The position numbers were made by a program, and so were the translations under genes. DNA of 64,000 nt, from positions 288,001 through 352,000 of the forward strand of contig CAXWPL010000004.1 of the NCBI GenBank assembly GCA_963666215.2. Reading direction: 5' to 3'. This document shows, piece after piece, positions 58,471-64,000 of this stretch; the stretch's first letter is position 1, and every line of letters begins with the position of its first letter. The notes below the pieces were generated by a model. That model made no database searches. It was not told the origin of the DNA and saw only the letters and a program-made list of their open reading frames with translations. This DNA is from Acidobacteriota bacterium. Its GTDB lineage: Bacteria > Acidobacteriota > UBA890 > WLXD01.

Positions 58471-59313
58471 TTGCCGATGAAGTTCCGAGCTAGAGCGATC
58501 AAATCCCTTCGGAGGTTGCGCGCCAGAACTAGCCCGCGCCTCTCGAAAGGCGATGACTTGACCAAAGTCGCGGCTGGGAACGAGGTTATTGGCAAGAACG
58601 GCAATGTTAGGTTCGGATTTGACACCGAGAAGCAACTGTTCTTTGCGAGGGACGTTCATTCAGACAGGAAAGTCTACGTCTCCGCTCGTGAGCGTCTCGC
58701 GCTTTATCGCAAGGGGACTGCGCACCGAAAGAACAGGCTACTAAGTGATTACCGGATTCCACCCAATCTTGTTCGCCCACAAGACATGGTTATCGACGTC
58801 GGCGCGAACAGTGGCGAGCTCGGAATCTGGGTTCTATCGTCGGGGGGACAATACGCGGCTTTTGAACCGGACCCTGATGCTTTCAGAGCATTACAAAACA
58901 ACGTCTCCAGCCCGAGTTTGTTCGCTGTTGCTCTGGGCGATTCAAACGGAATAGCGGAGTTCTACTTGAGCACCGAAGAGGGTGGTTCCAGTCTTTTTCG
59001 ACCGCAGACCTTCAGCGAAGAAATTTCCGTTGAGCAGAAAACCCTAGACGCATGCTTGGCCGATTTGGATATTCCTCGAACAATACGATTGGTGAAGATC
59101 GACGTGGAGGGAATGGAACCGGAGGTAATCGCGGGTGCGCGCGAAACACTATTGCGAACCGAGTTTGTCGCCGTCGACGCGGGGCCGGAACGCGGCATGG
59201 AGACTACCGTTCCAGAGGTCTTGAACGCTCTTTTTGCTGGCGGTTTTGAAATTGTGTCCTGCTTTCTTCGCAGAGGCGCGTTTCTCCTGAGGAACACTAG
59301 ACTAGTAGGTTGA
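58471..59313 (+). CDS. FkbM family methyltransferase
   Basis: VIDVGANSG, AFEPDP, VALGD, LVKIDVEGME; visibly lower GC than the flanks. Confidence 0.92.
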   Translation: MPMKFRARAIKSLRRLRARTSPRLSKGDDLTKVAAGNEVIGKNGNVRFGFDTEKQLFFARDVHSDRKVYVSARERLALYRKGTAHRKNRLLSDYRIPPNLVRPQDMVIDVGANSGELGIWVLSSGGQYAAFEPDPDAFRALQNNVSSPSLFAVALGDSNGIAEFYLSTEEGGSSLFRPQTFSEEISVEQKTLDACLADLDIPRTIRLVKIDVEGMEPEVIAGARETLLRTEFVAVDAGPERGMETTVPEVLNALFAGGFEIVSCFLRRGAFLLRNTRLVG

Positions 59314-59486
59314 ACCGCCCCGGGGTTCGCCAGAGCACCGGGGGCCACGCGTGGCAACCTCCTTTTGCGCCGCCGCATTGGTTGGCTTGAAGCCGTCACA
59401 ACTACGACACATGTAACATTTGGGTGGGATGGGAAACCCGCGTGCCGCCCAGTTCGACCGACCCCTATAGAGACTAGGTTCCAGCG

Positions 59487-60911
59487 TCAGCCGGATTCTG
59501 CCGGCGCTTCGTGGTACCGGTCGTCGGAGTTCACGGCCCATACATCGTGCTTGCCACCAAAGAGGTTCTCCACCGCGAGGATCGCTGTATGCATCGAGTG
59601 GTCTTGATTGTTGTACTTGTGGAGGCCGTTGCGCCCGACCGTCTGGAGGTTCTCGATGCTCTCGACATGTTCCGCGAGCTGGCGCACGTGGTCCCGGTAA
59701 CTATCGTCGTAGATCGGATAGGCTTTCCGCTGCCGATACACCACGCCGTCCTCGACGCGCTCTCTGGCAACCAGATTGAGACCTTGCAACTCACGGGCGG
59801 CGAGCTCCACGAGTTCGGAGTCTTCCATCTCCCACAGATCGTCGCCAACGTTGACGAAGTACTCGGCACCGAGACTGGTCTTGTTAACGTCGGCAACCAT
59901 GTCGACGCTCCAGTTCTTGTAGTTCTGAAGTCGCCCCATCCGGACATCGGGATCGTGGATGTAGATCCAGTTGTCAGGAAACACGTCGCGCTTGTCGACC
60001 ACCAGGCACACGGTCAGAAAGTCGCGGTAGCGTAGAGCGCGGCCAGCCTCGACGACCACGTCGGGCGGCGCCGGTTCCATCCGACGGATCAGCGTCGCCA
60101 ACGGCATCGACGAGATCAACTCGTCGACCGGGACCGTTTCGGTTGCGCCCTGGATGCCGACCACAAGCGAGGTGATCCGATTGCCTTCGCGCCGCAGGGT
60201 GAGGATCTCATGATGGCAGTGCACCTCGCCGCCATGATCGGCAATCCACGACCGCATCGCCTCCCACATCATCCCCGGTCCGAGTCGTGGGTAATGGAAC
60301 TGGTCGATCAAGGACTTGACGCCGTTCTGATGGCCACCCGGCAGCGCGTTCCGCAACGCGGTCATGAACGAAAGACCCTGAATCCGCTGCGCCGCCCATT
60401 CAGCGCTGATCTCGTGACACGGGATACCCCACACCTTCTCCGTATAGCTCTTGAAGAAAGCCCGGTACAGTCGTTTGCCGAAGCGGTTCGAGACCCACTG
60501 TTCGAAGTTCTCCTCGACCCGCGACGGGAAAACGGCAGCGCGCAGATAGCTCAACAGAATCAGCGCGCTCTCCGCCGGGCCGAGGTTGCCGAGAACATTG
60601 CCGATGCGCAGCGGGTAATCGAACAACTCGCCGTTGTAGTGGATGCGCGACAACCGGGACACGGTCAGGAACTGATCGCCGAGCAGCTCCTCCCAGATCT
60701 TCTGGATGTCCTCGGACTGGGTGAAGAATCGATGGCCGCCGATGTCGAATCGGTAACCGCGATATTGCTCGGTCCGTGCAATTCCGCCAACGATCGGTCC
60801 GCTCTCGAACACAACCGGAACGTGCCCTTGCTTGCACAGCGAATAGGCGGCGGTGAGTCCAGCCGGACCACCGCCGACTATGTGCACGCGTTTGGGACGG
60901 TCCGAGGGCAT
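59487..60911 (-). CDS. NAD(P)/FAD-dependent oxidoreductase of surface-glycan clusters (Glf/PPO-like fold)
   Basis: IVGGGPAGL, GGIART, DIGGHRFF, YTEKVWG, WAAQRI, DNWIYIH, GRNGLHKYNNQDHSM. Confidence 0.9.
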   Translation of the reverse strand: MPSDRPKRVHIVGGGPAGLTAAYSLCKQGHVPVVFESGPIVGGIARTEQYRGYRFDIGGHRFFTQSEDIQKIWEELLGDQFLTVSRLSRIHYNGELFDYPLRIGNVLGNLGPAESALILLSYLRAAVFPSRVEENFEQWVSNRFGKRLYRAFFKSYTEKVWGIPCHEISAEWAAQRIQGLSFMTALRNALPGGHQNGVKSLIDQFHYPRLGPGMMWEAMRSWIADHGGEVHCHHEILTLRREGNRITSLVVGIQGATETVPVDELISSMPLATLIRRMEPAPPDVVVEAGRALRYRDFLTVCLVVDKRDVFPDNWIYIHDPDVRMGRLQNYKNWSVDMVADVNKTSLGAEYFVNVGDDLWEMEDSELVELAARELQGLNLVARERVEDGVVYRQRKAYPIYDDSYRDHVRQLAEHVESIENLQTVGRNGLHKYNNQDHSMHTAILAVENLFGGKHDVWAVNSDDRYHEAPAESG

Positions 60912-60991
60912 CAGCGTATGGGCCCGTGGGCAGGTGAGCGGCTGGGGAAGGACTGTGGCCCAACCCAATTGCGCAGACCACCGCAGCCATC

Positions 60992-62038
60992 TTACCGCCG
61001 CCGCGAACTCGTGCATACCTGCACCCACAGCGCCGCAGCGCCGCAGTAGAGAAAGTACACGAGGTGAACTGGGGCCGCCCGGAGTGCAAGACTGATCCCC
61101 TGATTGCGTCCCAAGAAGGTGTAGGAGCGCCTGTTGAGGCCTAGAACAACGAGCACCGCCAGCACCGCAGCGCCCAGGAAGGTCTCCACCTTCGCCGGGA
61201 AAGCGAAGGCCAGGAGCACACACAACAGCGCTGTATACAGGATCAGGACACAAGCCCGCTGAGTTCGGTCGATGTTCAGGGTGGCAGACAACGTTCTCCG
61301 CTCGCGCAGGAGACGCAGCCATGGAATCGCCCGGCGCAGGATATCGGTGGCGACCATGCTCCCGAGCGTCCACCGTTTGAGGTGCGTTGCCTGCACTCGG
61401 GGGTCCAGTAGAATCCGGTGACCGGCATCGGAGAGTCGGTAGCCGAGTTCGATATCTTCGATCGAGGGTTCCCGATAGGACTCGTCGAAACCGCTGACCT
61501 TGACGAAGACCTCCTTCCGTACCGCCCCGCAGCCCGCCCAGAAGGTACTGGCCTGTAGTGTGCCGCTCTGGTGCACAAAGTGGTGCGAGAGGTTCTTGTA
61601 GCGGCTGAAGAATCCCTCTGCCGGCGGCGAGTCATCATAGGAACCGAACACCGCATCCACTCGCGCGGGCGCGCCGTCACCGGCACTCTCCAGATCCACC
61701 GTAGATCGTGCGAACACCCTCGTGCCGTGGAACCCGAAGTGTGCGGCAATTCGTTCCAGCGCATCGTCATGCACGCAGACATCGGCATCGACGAAGAGGA
61801 GGATCTCACCACGCGCAATGTCCGCGCCACGATTGCGAGCCGTGGCGGGCCCGACGCGGGTCTGCATCTGCACGACCTGCGCTCCGTGACCACGGGCGAT
61901 TTCGGCGGTGTTGTCGGCGGAGGCGTCGTTCACGACGATCAGCTCAAAATCTTGCCAGGTGGAGGCCTTCAGTGCGTCAAGCGACGCCCCGAGCGTTTCC
62001 GCGGCATTTCGTGCCGGCACGATCACACTCACTAACAT
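60992..62038 (-). CDS. Glycosyltransferase family 2 with C-terminal TM segments
   Basis: VSVIVPARN, VNDAS.D, ARNRG, FVDADV, GFDE, IEDIELG. Confidence 0.92.
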   Translation of the reverse strand: MLVSVIVPARNAAETLGASLDALKASTWQDFELIVVNDASADNTAEIARGHGAQVVQMQTRVGPATARNRGADIARGEILLFVDADVCVHDDALERIAAHFGFHGTRVFARSTVDLESAGDGAPARVDAVFGSYDDSPPAEGFFSRYKNLSHHFVHQSGTLQASTFWAGCGAVRKEVFVKVSGFDESYREPSIEDIELGYRLSDAGHRILLDPRVQATHLKRWTLGSMVATDILRRAIPWLRLLRERRTLSATLNIDRTQRACVLILYTALLCVLLAFAFPAKVETFLGAAVLAVLVVLGLNRRSYTFLGRNQGISLALRAAPVHLVYFLYCGAAALWVQVCTSSRRR

Positions 62039-62127
62039 CGCGTCCTGGTGGGATCTCGCACGAGGGGTCGAGTTCGTAGCGAATGAAACTCGGGGCAAGG
62101 CAGAAGGACTCACACGGTCCGCATTCC

Positions 62128-63312
62128 TCAGATCGTCGCTGAATTCTCGATTACGGTACCCCATGACCTAGCTGAGGGCAGACATTTGCGGATTCGGACG
62201 ATCGTGTGGTGACGGGGCGCTGCGGCCGGTCCGGCCTCGCCACCGACCGAGTCCCGCGCCCAGCCTGAAGGAAACCAGAGTCTCGTCGATGAGAGGTCAG
62301 GCCTCGGGGCACCTCGGCCCCACAACGCCGCGACTTCCGAGAACGCCCCCCCGCTCGGGATGGGGAAGTTGGTGCGAGCCAGAATCAGGATGTCCTCGAG
62401 CGCCTCGACGACGGACTGCGCGTCGCGCCGGACGTTGTAGGCCTTCGTCTTGTTCGGAAGGAGCGTGACCCACTCCTTTGCCGCGAACCGTTTCTGGACG
62501 TAGCTGGTCTTGGGCTTCGTAATCAACCGGCCGGGAAAGCGCAGCGCCATCTGTTCTTCCGCCTCGGCCGAATCCGAACACAGAAAGAATTGAGCGGAGG
62601 GGTTCCTGGAGAGGATCGCCTCGATCTGGGCAATGTAGAAGTCGTCATCCCTCTTGGCGGCGTCGGTTCGCCGCATGTGGACGCCGTAGGTTCGCTTGCC
62701 GATCCCCTGTCGTCGGCAGAACGTCTCGACGCGTTCGAGGATCTCTCGCTTGACTCGCAGCCCGCGCAGATGGCGGGCACGCTCCGGAGGTTTGATGAAA
62801 TCGAGGAATGTTGGGCTGAGGTAAACGATATGACCATCCCGTCGGATGTTCCGCTCTCGCTTGGGAATACTCGCGACCGGGGCCAGTGAGGGATCTCTCA
62901 CCGCCGACTTGCCGTAATAGTGAACCGGGCCTTCGAGCATGTCTTTGTAGAACGCCCTTCGGTTGCTCTCGGGCGAAGTGAACAAGTCGAAGTCGTTCTC
63001 GAACAGGTCGTGGAACTCGGCCTCGCAGGCGGGGGTCGGCCGCCAGCCGACCCTGAGCGAGAAGCCGAAACGCTCGGCGAGGTACATACCACTGACGAGT
63101 GGACGGATCCGGTTGCCCAGCCCCCCAAGGTCCGCGATGGCGACCGTCCTGTCGGCCCGCGGGAGCTGTGTTTGGCCGCGTGGGAGTGAGAGTGCCCGCG
63201 CGAGGGTTCCGAGACGCCGGACCCAATTCACCAGGGGCGCCGGGAATCGAGCGGCCCGATTCGAAAGGAACGTGTCATGCTTTCGGCTCCGGGGAGCTTT
63301 GGAGCGAGCCAT
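62128..63312 (-). CDS. Fucosyltransferase-like (GT23/NodZ/O-FucT-like) protein
   Basis: GGLGNRI, GVHMRRTD, FFLCSD and ALEDI.ILA motifs. Start uncertain. Confidence 0.7.
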   Translation of the reverse strand: MARSKAPRSRKHDTFLSNRAARFPAPLVNWVRRLGTLARALSLPRGQTQLPRADRTVAIADLGGLGNRIRPLVSGMYLAERFGFSLRVGWRPTPACEAEFHDLFENDFDLFTSPESNRRAFYKDMLEGPVHYYGKSAVRDPSLAPVASIPKRERNIRRDGHIVYLSPTFLDFIKPPERARHLRGLRVKREILERVETFCRRQGIGKRTYGVHMRRTDAAKRDDDFYIAQIEAILSRNPSAQFFLCSDSAEAEEQMALRFPGRLITKPKTSYVQKRFAAKEWVTLLPNKTKAYNVRRDAQSVVEALEDILILARTNFPIPSGGAFSEVAALWGRGAPRPDLSSTRLWFPSGWARDSVGGEAGPAAAPRHHTIVRIRKCLPSARSWGTVIENSATI

Positions 63313-63551
63313 GGATGCAGGTCGAGTCAGAGGAGACTACAGCGTCGAAACGGGACCCGGAGACGAGGTGCTGCACTGAGTCGTTCCCGTCTGGGATCGT
63401 GTGGGCGGAGTCGACTTCGCACTCCTGCGAGATTGAAGCCGGTTGTTGGGCATAGACTAGCAAAGTGTCCGGCCCGGCTCGGCCTGATGAGGCCGGCTGC
63501 CAGCGTTGTCGACTCCACTACCGGCCCTGCTTCCACTCGAGTTGTCAACTC

Positions 63552-64000
63552 GTGATCAAAACTGGCAAGCAGACAGGCCGGTCCTCGGGGAAGAGGCGCC
63601 GTTACAGCGGCCGCGAACTCGTCGCCAGCAGCCTGTGGGGACTCCGGCTGATATGGCCGATCAACCCGCGGTTGACCTCCTTTCGGCTCCTGCTGACGAT
63701 GCTGCGCGGCGCGCTGCCTGCTGCCGTTGCCTTGGCCGCCCGCGGCATCATCGACACGGTGAGCGTCGTGAGCCAAGCGGATAGTCCCAGCTTCGCTCCC
63801 CTGGTGCCCTGGGTCGTTCTCGCCTTTGCTCTCGCGCTCTTGCTGACCCTCGCCGAGCTCGCCAGCAAGCTGCTCCAGGCCGAGTTCGCGGACGAGCTCA
63901 ATCTCGCACTCACCGAGCGCCTCCTCGTCCACGCCTCGATGCTCGATCTCGCCACCTTCGAAGACTCGAACCAGCGTGACGTCATGCACCGCGCCGAGCG
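63552..64000 (+). CDS. ABC exporter (TM + NBD type), N-terminal part, truncated by the window edge
   Basis: Open frame from GTG 63552: LRLIW...LRGALPAA.....IID...LLVHASMLDLATFEDS..D.MHRA. Confidence 0.75.
   Translation, partial: MIKTGKQTGRSSGKRRRYSGRELVASSLWGLRLIWPINPRLTSFRLLLTMLRGALPAAVALAARGIIDTVSVVSQADSPSFAPLVPWVVLAFALALLLTLAELASKLLQAEFADELNLALTERLLVHASMLDLATFEDSNQRDVMHRAE

Noticed and set aside
58369-63460. Shared CATAGACTAG 10-mer (58369 reverse, 63451 forward; partial near 59468)
   Set aside because: Too short and irregular to call a cassette boundary without statistics.

Overview
This is a GC-rich bacterial chromosomal window. The PadR plus ADOP-type duplicated permease pair and the large secreted BNR/VPS10-type proteins suggest Acidobacteriota (inference). 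Bases 1-48,000 are mostly housekeeping and envelope genes: csp, glnS fused to a YqeY/GatB-like domain, lat, gatC-gatA, tatD, radC, an ECF sigma/anti-sigma pair, S41/M23/M20 peptidases and ABC transporters. They are interspersed with many frameshifted or internally deleted gene remnants. A tmRNA gene (47655-48004) is followed by an accessory glycan-modification region running to the window end, with glycosyltransferases, a sulfotransferase, FkbM-type methyltransferases, a fucosyltransferase-like gene, an FAD oxidoreductase and an ABC exporter. That region holds a complete IS256 element, a complete IS481 element and a scrambled IS1-like remnant. The best leads are: (1) two identical 20-bp integrase-arm-like doublets, each followed by 10-bp-periodic repeats, bracketing a ~10-kb glyco-cassette with no integrase next to tmRNA; (2) a candidate structured RNA leader at 11926-12060; (3) a CBM9-DUF5107-TPR fusion lipoprotein. 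All family assignments come from motif recognition, not database searches. Several frameshifts may be long-read assembly errors.
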